Shown: piece by piece, positions 8,751-15,974 of the stretch
Layout: each line of letters begins with the position of its first letter
Numbering within the stretch: the stretch's first letter is position 1
From: Nostoc punctiforme PCC 73102
GTDB lineage: Bacteria > Cyanobacteriota > Cyanobacteriia > Cyanobacteriales > Nostocaceae
Direction of reading: 5' to 3'
Length of the DNA stretch: 32,000 nucleotides
Assembly (NCBI RefSeq): GCF_000020025.1
Contig: NC_010628.1
Span: 5,460,001 to 5,492,000, forward strand
The notes under the pieces: generated by a model
Database searches by the model: none
Seen by the model: the letters and a program-made list of their open reading frames with translations, nothing else
What the model was told of the DNA's origin: nothing
Translations under genes and position numbers: made by a program

Positions 8751-9281
8751 ATGGTTATAAGATTTAGAGACTACGGCAAAAGGCTTTCTGATTTTGAGGA
8801 AGAAATTTTAGTTCGCTGCCCACAATGCGATGCCTACGGCGGGCTGCGCCTACGCAGTGCCAAAATATTGACTGTAAACTCTGAACAATCAAGTCCCAGT
8901 TCAATCAAAAGAATTACCTGTCAGCACTGTAGCTATACAAAACAACAGCCAAAGGATGGGCAGCGAAAAGCCGTATTGCTGTTGTGGCAAAACAATTACA
9001 AGGCTCAAAGAAATTCTAGCTATGGAATATTAGACCATTTTTTTGGCTTGCCTTTGTGGTTACAAACCTCCTGTTGTGGTCAGGTGCTATGGGCGTATAA
9101 TGAAGCACATTTGAATTTCTTGGAAAGCTATGTTCAATCAAGGTTGCGAGAACGTTTGCCTGATGATACATTAGGCTGGCACAATAGCAGTCTTGCCAGT
9201 CGTCTACCCCGATGGATAAAGTTGACGCAGCATCGGGAAAAAGTTTTACAGAAAATTCAACAGTTAAAACAGAGGTTGTAA
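8751..9281 (+). CDS. Hypothetical protein with an N-terminal CxxC...CxxC zinc ribbon
   Basis: 176-aa ORF. CPQC (residues 23-26) and CQHC (57-60) suggest a zinc ribbon. The C-terminal part (LWLQTSCCGQVLWAYNEAHLNFLESYVQSRLRERLP...RLPRWIK) is not assignable by eye. Confidence 0.6.
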   Translation: MVIRFRDYGKRLSDFEEEILVRCPQCDAYGGLRLRSAKILTVNSEQSSPSSIKRITCQHCSYTKQQPKDGQRKAVLLLWQNNYKAQRNSSYGILDHFFGLPLWLQTSCCGQVLWAYNEAHLNFLESYVQSRLRERLPDDTLGWHNSSLASRLPRWIKLTQHREKVLQKIQQLKQRL

Positions 9282-9799
9282 TTAAGGTTTTAATCCTGTT
9301 GATGAGCGAATTTATACCACCCTATAGAGAAACAGCGATCGCAATCACTAGCAAAAATCAACAATATGTTATAATTAATAAAACTAAAATTAATTAAAAT
9401 ATAATCAGCATAAAGAGTCATAACTAATAACAATTTTTTAACGACCCAATATAGACAAAATACTTACCAATTATTCAAATAAAAACAAAAACGATAAAGT
9501 TGAAATTCTAGACAAATGATGTAAGTTTGAAAGAAGAAATTCAAGTATTTTCAAAAACATAAAACTAATATTAGTTTTTAGTAAGGGCTTTAGCCATATT
9601 TTCAGAGAGAGCCGCTTATTAACAGGCTTTATTTATTAATGTAGAGTAAGTTATCTAGATAAGTTGCTATTTTTATTGTTTAAAAAGTATATCGTACACA
9701 AAATTGCAGCCAATTACAGTCAAGACTAGGCATACTGAAAAGAGAGAGAAAACTTTAGACAACTCCCTGCAAAATCGACGTGAAGGTGATTAAGCAACA

Positions 9800-10339
9800 A
9801 TGAGACGTAAACCCACTGGTAGATCGGCTACTACTTCTAAACCCTCTATTTTCCAATCCCCTATGTTTAACCTCTTCACCATTGCAATTATGGGAGGGGT
9901 GTTGATTCTGGGAATTGGGATTGGCATTGCTTTTAGTTCTACAACCACGTTAGCCCCATCAAATGTGGCTTCCCGTGAATTTATTGACACCAAAGCACCA
10001 AACCCTGAAATTTGTGTGCAGTACGGAGCTAGCGCGATGGTGATGGACGCTAGACTGTTCGTTACTCTCAACCCTTTTAATGTTTATGTTGCCCAGCCGA
10101 GTATGCGTCCTGGATGCGTGATCCGACAAAATAACTGGGCGCTTTTAGAGAACCGGAAGCTGGTGACATCCGATCAGGTAAGAGATTGCAAAAATCGTCT
10201 GAATACCTTCGGATTCACAGGTAACTTGGACAGTGGCCAACCTGATATTAGGTGTATATATCAGAATGAAGCTGCTCAAAACTTCTTTACGGCTCAACCA
10301 GGAGCAGTTGGAACACCTCAAGAAACAGACAGATTTTAG
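9800..10339 (+). CDS. Hypothetical N-terminally membrane-anchored protein (possibly the cyanobacterial/plastid DUF3172 family; from memory, unverified)
   Basis: 179-aa ORF with one TM helix (FNLFTIAIMGGVLILGIGIGIAF) and a Cys-containing soluble domain (ICVQYGASAMVMDARLFVTLNPFNVYVAQPSMRPGCVIRQNNW). Confidence 0.65.
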   Translation: MRRKPTGRSATTSKPSIFQSPMFNLFTIAIMGGVLILGIGIGIAFSSTTTLAPSNVASREFIDTKAPNPEICVQYGASAMVMDARLFVTLNPFNVYVAQPSMRPGCVIRQNNWALLENRKLVTSDQVRDCKNRLNTFGFTGNLDSGQPDIRCIYQNEAAQNFFTAQPGAVGTPQETDRF

Positions 10340-10340
10340 A

Positions 10341-10463
10341 TTTGGGAATTGGGTATGGAGAAGAGACAAGGGAAACAAGGAAGAGGGGGAAGACAAGGGA
10401 GAGATTGATTCAATAATTCCCCCTTGTCCTCCTTGTCTCCCAAATCCCCAATACCAATTCCCA
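10341..10463. repeat. Long imperfect inverted repeat (G-rich arm / C-rich arm) between convergent genes; likely bidirectional terminator
   Basis: Left arm tttgggaattgggtatggagaagagacaagggaaacaaggaagagggggaagacaagggagag, core attgattcaataatt, right arm cccccttgtcctccttgtctcccaaatccccaataccaattccc. It starts 2 nt after the 9800-10339 stop and ends about 25 nt before the DeoR stop. Confidence 0.6.
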
Positions 10464-10487
10464 GCGATCGCATTTGCCTTCATCAGA

Positions 10488-11252
10488 TCATTCATGTTCA
10501 TCACGTATAATGGTCAAACCTAAAGCTTTGTAGGCACTCAACATATTATTAGATACTGTAGGTGCTGTTACTAGGTAAGTCAGGGCATGAATTGACTCCA
10601 CTAGATAAGGAGCAGCCGTGTCTAATTTTTCTGCTGTCACTAGTCCTACTACCTCAGCCGATCCAGCAATCATGGCTCGTTTGACGTGGGCTTCGTCTAG
10701 GTTAGGTACACTAATCCCAACTTCTGGATGTAAACTGCAAACTCCCAACATGCACAAATCTGCACGAATCATCCGTAAAGTCTCAATCGTGACAGTACCC
10801 ACGTTCATCAAGGCTTTTTTGTAAAGTTGTCCACCTAACATCACAACCTCTATATGGGGATGTTCTGCTAAAGCAACGGCGATTGGCGGACTATTTGTGA
10901 TGACTGTTGCGTGCAAACCTAGGGGCAAATGACGGGTTACTTGGAGAGTTGTTGTACCTCCGTCTAAAATCACCACCTGTCCTGTACAAACTAATTTTGC
11001 TGCTGTCCGAGCGATCGCTTCCTTTTCTTTTGGCGCTTGCTTTTGGCGATCGGCATAACTGGCCGTGGCTGGAGATTTGAGGAGCGCTCCCCCATGAACG
11101 CGTTGCAATAGTCCAGTTTCTGCCAGTTCTCGCAAGTCCCGGCGAATCGTATCCTCAGAAACCTTCAGAACAGCACTAAGTTCTGTCGAAAGTACCTTTT
11201 TATCACGACGCAGAATTTCTAAGATGAATTGTCGTCGTTCAGCAGTTAGCAT
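10488..11252 (-). CDS. DeoR-family transcriptional regulator
   Basis: From the ATG at 11250-11252: MLTAERRQFILEILRRDKKVLSTELSAVLKVSEDTIRRDLRELAETGLLQRVHGGA (DeoR HTH), followed by a DeoR C-terminal sensor-type domain; 254 aa. The 39-codon upstream extension in the ORF track (to 11369) looks non-coding. Confidence 0.9.
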   Translation of the reverse strand: MLTAERRQFILEILRRDKKVLSTELSAVLKVSEDTIRRDLRELAETGLLQRVHGGALLKSPATASYADRQKQAPKEKEAIARTAAKLVCTGQVVILDGGTTTLQVTRHLPLGLHATVITNSPPIAVALAEHPHIEVVMLGGQLYKKALMNVGTVTIETLRMIRADLCMLGVCSLHPEVGISVPNLDEAHVKRAMIAGSAEVVGLVTAEKLDTAAPYLVESIHALTYLVTAPTVSNNMLSAYKALGLTIIRDEHE

Positions 11253-11416
11253 AATTAATTTTCCTAAAAATGCGTTTTTGACCTTGAAATTGCACGTTTG
11301 TGAGTTTATACTTATTGATATGCAAGTTTTTGTACGGTAATCCGTAACTTCAATTGAATTCAAGCGCATTCATGCACAATCGAATGTATTAATTTTGGCA
11401 TTTGATGAAATCACTC

Positions 11417-11433
11417 GGAACCATTGTGGTTCC
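11417..11433. promoter_or_regulatory. Candidate operator palindrome in the DeoR / transketolase-like divergent promoter region
   Basis: ggaacca-ttg-tggttcc is a perfect 7-bp inverted repeat. Nearby direct repeats are tgcacgtttgtg (11291-11302) and tgcaagtttttgt (11321-11333), 30 bp apart. Any regulatory role is pure inference. Confidence 0.2.
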
Positions 11434-11547
11434 AAGTAGTTGCCTTGAGCTTGGATAATTGTTGCCCAATCAGGGTTTTAACAATTTTTTTGTAGTGCGA
11501 TCGCGCCTTCTGCTTTTTCAAATTGTTTTTTATTCAATCAATAAACC

Positions 11548-13467
11548 ATGACTATTATTAATACCCAATTTCCAATCGATCTTGGTGCTTACAAACCTTT
11601 AGCGCTCAATCCAGCCAATTCGAGCCTTACAGATGAACAGCGAGAGACTCTCAAAGCGAATATTCAACTCTGCCGGGATGCGATCGTCTTTTTTACAGCA
11701 ACTGGCGCTGCTAGTGGAGTGGGTGGCCATACTGGTGGACCATACGATACAGTCCCAGAGGTGATAATCCTCGATGCCTTTTTCCGGGGAGCATCGGAGC
11801 AATTTGTACCGATTTTCTTTGATGAAGCAGGACATCGAGTCGCTACCCAATATCTAATGGCAACGTTGCATGGTGACTTACCTGCCGAGCAACTTTTACA
11901 TTATCGGCAAGCACATTCCCATTTACCAGGACACCCCGAATTAGGGCTAACTCCTGGTGTGAAATTTAGTTCTGGCCGCCTGGGCCATGTTTGGCCTTAC
12001 ATCAATGGTGTGGCAATGGCGAATCCAGGCAAGGCTGTTTTCTGTCTCGGTTCTGATGGATCGCAGCAAGAAGGTAACGATGCTGAAGCTGCTCGCTTGG
12101 CTGTTGCTCAACATCTCAACGTCAAGCTGATAATTGATGACAATGATGTAACGATCGCTGGACATCCTTCTAAATATTTACCAGGTTTCAGTGTCGCCAA
12201 AACTTTAGAAGGGCACGGGTTAAAAGTACTTCAGGGAGACGGGGAAGACTTAGACGATTTATACCGTCGTATGAGCGAAGCTGTGAATACTCCCGGAGCG
12301 ATCGCTATTATCAATAAACGCCCGATGTGCCCTGGTATTGAAGGTTTAGAAGGTTCCACTCATGGTCATGATGTAATTTCTGTAGATTTAGCAGTTAAGT
12401 ATTTAGAATCTCGTGGACAAACTGCGGCTGTCGAATACCTTAAAAGTATTGAGAAACCCAAGCAAACATATACATTTCTGGGTTCCAGTGACAAATGGGG
12501 CGCTAACCGCAATGTGTTTGGTGAAGCTGTGGTGGGTGTCCTCAGTCGCATGAGTGAGTCGGAGCGTAAAGAAAAAGTCAAGGTCATTGATAGTGACTTA
12601 GAAGGCTCCTGCGGTTTGAAGAAAATTCACGATACATACCCGGAAATATTTATTCCTTCCGGCATCATGGAACGGAGCAACTTCTCTGCTGCGGCTGGAT
12701 TTGGGATGGAAAAGGGCAAGCAAGGTATTTTTGCGACCTTCAGCGCCTTCTTAGAAATGTGTATCTCAGAAATCACAATGGCACGGCTGAACTATTCCAA
12801 TGTCCTGTGCCACTTTTCCCATGCGGGTATCGATGATATGGCAGATAACACCTGCCACTTCGGTTTGAACAATATGTTTGCCGATAACGGCTTGGATGAT
12901 GGCTACGAAACACAGCTGTACTTCCCAGCAGATGTTAATCAAATGACAGCTTGTGTAGAAGCCATATTCTTTGAGCCTGGACTGCGGTTTATTTTCTCTA
13001 CCCGTTCCAAAGTCCCCAATATTCAGGACAGCGACGGCAATGACTTATTTGGAAGTGGCTACAAATTTGTTCCCGGTAAAGATGAGGTTGTACGAGAGGG
13101 AACGCAAGGTTATATTATTAGTTTTGGCGATGCTCTCTACCGTTCTCTGGATGCTGTAGAACGTCTGAAGCAAGAAGGGCTAGACGTTGGTTTGATTAAT
13201 AAACCAACTTTAAACACCATTGATGAAGAAATGATTACCAAAATTGGTAACGCTCCTTTTGTCCTTATAGTAGAAGCCTTCAATCGGCGGACAGGCTTAG
13301 GCAGCCGTTTTGGTTCTTGGCTGCTAGAGCGCGGCTTGGCTCCCAAATATGCCCATCTCGGAACTCATAAAGAAGGTTGCGGTGGTTTGTGGGAACAGTA
13401 CCCATATCAAGGTATCGATCCAGTGAGCATTATCAACAAGGTTAAGGAGTTAGTTGGAGGGCAGTAA
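11548..13467 (+). CDS. Transketolase-family thiamine-diphosphate enzyme (non-canonical, 639 aa)
   Basis: TPP-binding signature GSDGSQQEGNDAEAARLAVAQHLNVKLIIDDNDVTIAG. The N-terminal GGHTGGPYD motif resembles split-type transketolase and DXS N-domains rather than the canonical GHPG. Pyrimidine-binding and C-terminal domains follow (IMERSNFSAAAGFG..., LINKPTLNTIDEE). Confidence 0.88.
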   Translation: MTIINTQFPIDLGAYKPLALNPANSSLTDEQRETLKANIQLCRDAIVFFTATGAASGVGGHTGGPYDTVPEVIILDAFFRGASEQFVPIFFDEAGHRVATQYLMATLHGDLPAEQLLHYRQAHSHLPGHPELGLTPGVKFSSGRLGHVWPYINGVAMANPGKAVFCLGSDGSQQEGNDAEAARLAVAQHLNVKLIIDDNDVTIAGHPSKYLPGFSVAKTLEGHGLKVLQGDGEDLDDLYRRMSEAVNTPGAIAIINKRPMCPGIEGLEGSTHGHDVISVDLAVKYLESRGQTAAVEYLKSIEKPKQTYTFLGSSDKWGANRNVFGEAVVGVLSRMSESERKEKVKVIDSDLEGSCGLKKIHDTYPEIFIPSGIMERSNFSAAAGFGMEKGKQGIFATFSAFLEMCISEITMARLNYSNVLCHFSHAGIDDMADNTCHFGLNNMFADNGLDDGYETQLYFPADVNQMTACVEAIFFEPGLRFIFSTRSKVPNIQDSDGNDLFGSGYKFVPGKDEVVREGTQGYIISFGDALYRSLDAVERLKQEGLDVGLINKPTLNTIDEEMITKIGNAPFVLIVEAFNRRTGLGSRFGSWLLERGLAPKYAHLGTHKEGCGGLWEQYPYQGIDPVSIINKVKELVGGQ

Positions 13468-13490
13468 TAGCTAGAAGCACAACATTATTA

Positions 13491-13540
13491 GGGCATGGCG
13501 CATTGGTTCGATTTTCCATGCCCAATGCCCAATTTTTATT
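13491..13540 (+). terminator. Hairpin plus T-run downstream of the transketolase-like gene
   Basis: gggcatgg (13491-13498), a 17-nt loop, ccatgccc (13516-13523), then aatgcccaatttttatt. It is built from GGGCATT-class repeat units and lies directly against the left end of the IS. Confidence 0.4.
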
Positions 13541-14543
13541 AGACTTGTCGGGAAATAAGAGAGAATAGACAGCAGTGGTAGGGAAGAATGATGCTGAATA
13601 TTGAAGGTGCGCTGAAGCAAGACCGACTGTTGAGGGCATTAACTGGGTTGAACCGGAAAGCATTTGATGCCCTTTTGCCCACGTTTACCACGATGTACCT
13701 AGATACTCAACAGGCCAAGCCTCGTCAACGTGGCCTGGGTGGAGGACGCAAAGCCCGCTTACTTACAGCCCAAGACAAATTGTTTTTCATCCTTTTCTAT
13801 TTCAAATGTTATCCGACCTTTGATGTGGCGGGACTGCTCTTTGATATGCATCGCTCCCAGGCACATGAGTGGATGCATCGATTGCAGCCAATATTAGAAG
13901 CGGCTTTGGGACAGAAGATGGCGCTGCCGGAACGCCATCTCGAAAGCATTGAAGCATTTTTGTCACGCTTTCCAGGAGTGCAACGAGTGATGATTGATGG
14001 GACAGAACGCCCAATTGCGCGACCTCAAGAAAGAGAACAACAACAACAGAATTACTCCGGTAAAAAGAAACGTCATACGCGTAAACACTTGGCGGCAGTT
14101 GATGAAACCAAACGGGTCTTGATCTTAAGCAAAGCACGAGAAGGCAAACTGCATGACAAACGTTTTCATGACGAAGATGACATTGCAGGTAGTGTGCCTG
14201 ATGAAATTCCGATTGAAGTAGACTCGGGCTTTCAGGGATTACAGAAGCAGTATGACAATCTCCATCTTCCTCACAAAAAGCCCAAAGGGGGCAAGTTAAG
14301 TGACCTTCAAAAAACGGAGAATCGTCAATTGAGTCAATCCCGTGTAGTTTGCGAAAATGCCTTTGCTGGTGTGAAGCGCTACAACGCCGCCAGTGTCATT
14401 TATCGTAATCGGATTGAAAACTTTGATGACCATTTGATGCTGACCGCAGCAGGATTATGGAACTTCTACTTGATGGCTGCTTAAGAGAATCCCAATTACA
14501 AGACCAGCATTGCCTCACTTATCTTTTATTTCCCGACAACTCT
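13541..14543 (+). mobile_element. Insertion sequence of about 1.0 kb, single transposase ORF, imperfect terminal inverted repeats of about 30 bp
   Basis: Left end agaCttgtcgggaaataaGagaGaa... (13541 onward); reverse complement of the right end agaGttgtcgggaaataaAagaTaa... (14543 backward). Roughly 26 of 33 positions match. A possible 3-bp target duplication ATT (13538-13540 and 14544-14546) is tentative. Confidence 0.8.
13588..14484 (+). CDS. DDE transposase (DDE_Tnp_4 / PIF-Harbinger-like, IS5 superfamily)
   Basis: 298-aa ORF. Candidate catalytic residues lie in MIDGTERPI, EVDSGFQG and VVCENAFAGVKRYN. It also has the NYSGKKKRHTRK motif typical of this transposase type and is flanked by the inverted repeats above. 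Confidence 0.88.
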   Translation: MMLNIEGALKQDRLLRALTGLNRKAFDALLPTFTTMYLDTQQAKPRQRGLGGGRKARLLTAQDKLFFILFYFKCYPTFDVAGLLFDMHRSQAHEWMHRLQPILEAALGQKMALPERHLESIEAFLSRFPGVQRVMIDGTERPIARPQEREQQQQNYSGKKKRHTRKHLAAVDETKRVLILSKAREGKLHDKRFHDEDDIAGSVPDEIPIEVDSGFQGLQKQYDNLHLPHKKPKGGKLSDLQKTENRQLSQSRVVCENAFAGVKRYNAASVIYRNRIENFDDHLMLTAAGLWNFYLMAA

Positions 14544-15408
14544 ATTTAGTTTTGGGTAAAGGTTGACCAAACTCAATTACCTGGGGATTGGAAGCATTGG
14601 GGATTGTTGGAACTGGAAATTCCGACGTACCAGAAGGAGGAATGCTATTTAAGTTACCGGGTTGATTTGGGAAAGAAGGAGGGGGAAGAATCAAAGCAGG
14701 TTGTTGAGAGGATGTATTCGGATTTAGGGGAGGTACGGTAACAAAAGGCTGCCCTGAGTTATTGGTAATTGTTGTGGGCAGGTCATTTGATATAGGCGGA
14801 ACTGTGAGTAAGGGCGCTTGTAGATTAGTGGTAGTTACGGGTAGGTTACTAGGCGGCTGTGGCTTATACGGTGTTTGAGTTTGTTTCTTGGGTGAAGGTG
14901 CAGAGTTTCCTGGTTTCGCGGCAGTAGTTTTACCAGAACTAACGGGACGTAATACCCAGCGAGTGAAGTTTTTTCGGGAAACTGGTTGCAGTTGTACCTG
15001 TTTAGGATTAAAAGCAGTCCCTGGGGCTAAATCTAAGACAATGCGTGTGTCATTTGCATTCAGTTGAGAAACGCGAATGCTTTTGATTGCTCCAGAATAA
15101 TTTTGTTGCGTGGTAACTTTGCCCAACTTGGTATTCGGTAAATCTACAACAAGCCGAGAGGGTTGGGCTAAGTAGAAATAACGGGGGGTTGTGCCTGCTG
15201 AAAGGTTAATTTCGAGTCGCTGTGTTTTTGGGGAAAAACGCCAATTATCTAGCTTTGCTACTGGTGTAGCAGCAGTAGTACAAGTTTCAAGGGCGATCGC
15301 TGCACAAAAGCCTAATAGACTGATGTTAAATAGCTGCTTGCGCCATTGGCAAAATTGCCTAGTCTTTAATCCCTGATCCATTCTTTTTATCTGCTCCATA
15401 AAACCCAT
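14542..15408 (-). CDS. AMIN-domain protein with a long Pro/Thr/Asn/Gln-rich C-terminal region
   Basis: 288-aa ORF: signal or anchor segment (LFNISLLGFCAAIALETC), then an AMIN-like domain (LEINLSAGTTPRYFYLAQPSRLVVDLPNTKLG...IKSIRVSQLNANDTRIVLDL), then a Pro-rich tail. The start is uncertain (ATGs at 15408, 15399, 15381). The stop codon TAG (14542-14544) is partly made of the last two IS bases. Confidence 0.78.
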   Translation of the reverse strand: MGFMEQIKRMDQGLKTRQFCQWRKQLFNISLLGFCAAIALETCTTAATPVAKLDNWRFSPKTQRLEINLSAGTTPRYFYLAQPSRLVVDLPNTKLGKVTTQQNYSGAIKSIRVSQLNANDTRIVLDLAPGTAFNPKQVQLQPVSRKNFTRWVLRPVSSGKTTAAKPGNSAPSPKKQTQTPYKPQPPSNLPVTTTNLQAPLLTVPPISNDLPTTITNNSGQPFVTVPPLNPNTSSQQPALILPPPSFPNQPGNLNSIPPSGTSEFPVPTIPNASNPQVIEFGQPLPKTK

Positions 15409-15451
15409 ACAATGCGTTCACATTGCTGTTTACTTGGTGCTTTAAATCCCT

Positions 15452-15471
15452 AGACGCGATTAATCGCGTCT
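15452..15471. repeat. Perfect 20-bp palindrome AGACGCGATTAATCGCGTCT (copy 1)
   Basis: agacgcgattaatcgcgtct is exactly self-complementary. It lies between the 15488 stop and the 15408 start. An identical copy is at 20689-20708. Confidence 0.9.
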
Positions 15472-15487
15472 CTACCCACCCCCAAAT

Positions 15488-15970
15488 TCAATTAGCTTTT
15501 TCGGGCACAGCAGTAAATTTTAGGGTTTGTGGAATGCCATTTACGCTTAATTGACCTGTCATATTACCTTTATCCACAAGTTGCATTTGAATTGTGACTA
15601 AATTCAGAGGATCGTTTTGAGGGTGAGGAATATTACAAAGGATTGATCTACCAACTTTTCCAGATAAATTTAACTGTTGATTTCTGAAAATGCCTGCCAG
15701 AGAGTGCTTTTCGTCAGTATCGGCGTTAGTGTTTGCCGGTAGTACAGAGGCATTTAAGTAAATACCCGACTGCTGAATGTTTAACGTTAGAGTATCCGAT
15801 TTTTCACAGTTCGGCAAATTCTCTGACAGGGTTAGACGATACCTACCGTTTACTGGCGGAGGAGCCTTAAGATTGTTTTCCCCGTAAACGCTTACAGTTT
15901 TAAACAATAGTAGTACTGAAAGTATTGTTACTCCGTAAAAAGCCAAAGATTTGAACTTGAAATGATTCAT
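15488..15970 (-). CDS. Hypothetical small exported or membrane-anchored protein, coupled to the upstream antiporter gene
   Basis: From the ATG at 15968-15970: MNHFKFKSLAFYGVTILSVLLLFKTVSVYG (signal or anchor), 160 aa. The ATG lies 4 nt after the stop of the 736-aa antiporter gene (15975-15977). The longer ORF-track start (16027) would overlap that gene. Confidence 0.6.
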   Translation of the reverse strand: MNHFKFKSLAFYGVTILSVLLLFKTVSVYGENNLKAPPPVNGRYRLTLSENLPNCEKSDTLTLNIQQSGIYLNASVLPANTNADTDEKHSLAGIFRNQQLNLSGKVGRSILCNIPHPQNDPLNLVTIQMQLVDKGNMTGQLSVNGIPQTLKFTAVPEKAN

Positions 15971-15974
15971 AATT

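Noticed and set aside
9212-10523. Track ORFs 9212-9397 (+), 9790-10071 (-), 10145-10504 (-), 10233-10523 (+)
   Set aside because: They overlap the better-supported 8751-9281 and 9800-10339 genes, or run through the inverted-repeat element at 10341-10463. Their translations are repeat-derived (GGQGG, EEGEDKGE) or antisense shadows.
11253-11369. N-terminal extension of the DeoR ORF (MRLNSIEVTDYRTKTCISISINSQTCNFKVKNAFLGKLI)
   Set aside because: DeoR regulators begin directly with the HTH (MLTAERRQFILE...). The extension is AT-rich, has no homology-like features, and covers the putative operator and promoter region.
11599-13346. Short ORFs inside or antisense to the transketolase-like gene (11599-11850, 11947-12165, 12366-12587, 12971-13159, 13137-13346)
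   Set aside because: They lie within a long ORF that has clear TPP-enzyme motifs. These are shadow ORFs.
13442-14137. Minus-strand ORFs 13442-13663 and 13802-14137
   Set aside because: The first spans the terminator hairpin and the IS terminal repeat. The second is antisense to the transposase. Neither has coding features.
14542-15408. Idea that the AMIN-domain protein is an AmiC-type amidase truncated by the IS
   Set aside because: Reconstructing the empty site gives a stop codon at the same position. No amidase-domain remnant lies on the other side of the IS (only about 75 bp separate it from the transketolase-like stop). The gene is therefore most likely a naturally stand-alone AMIN/Pro-rich protein.
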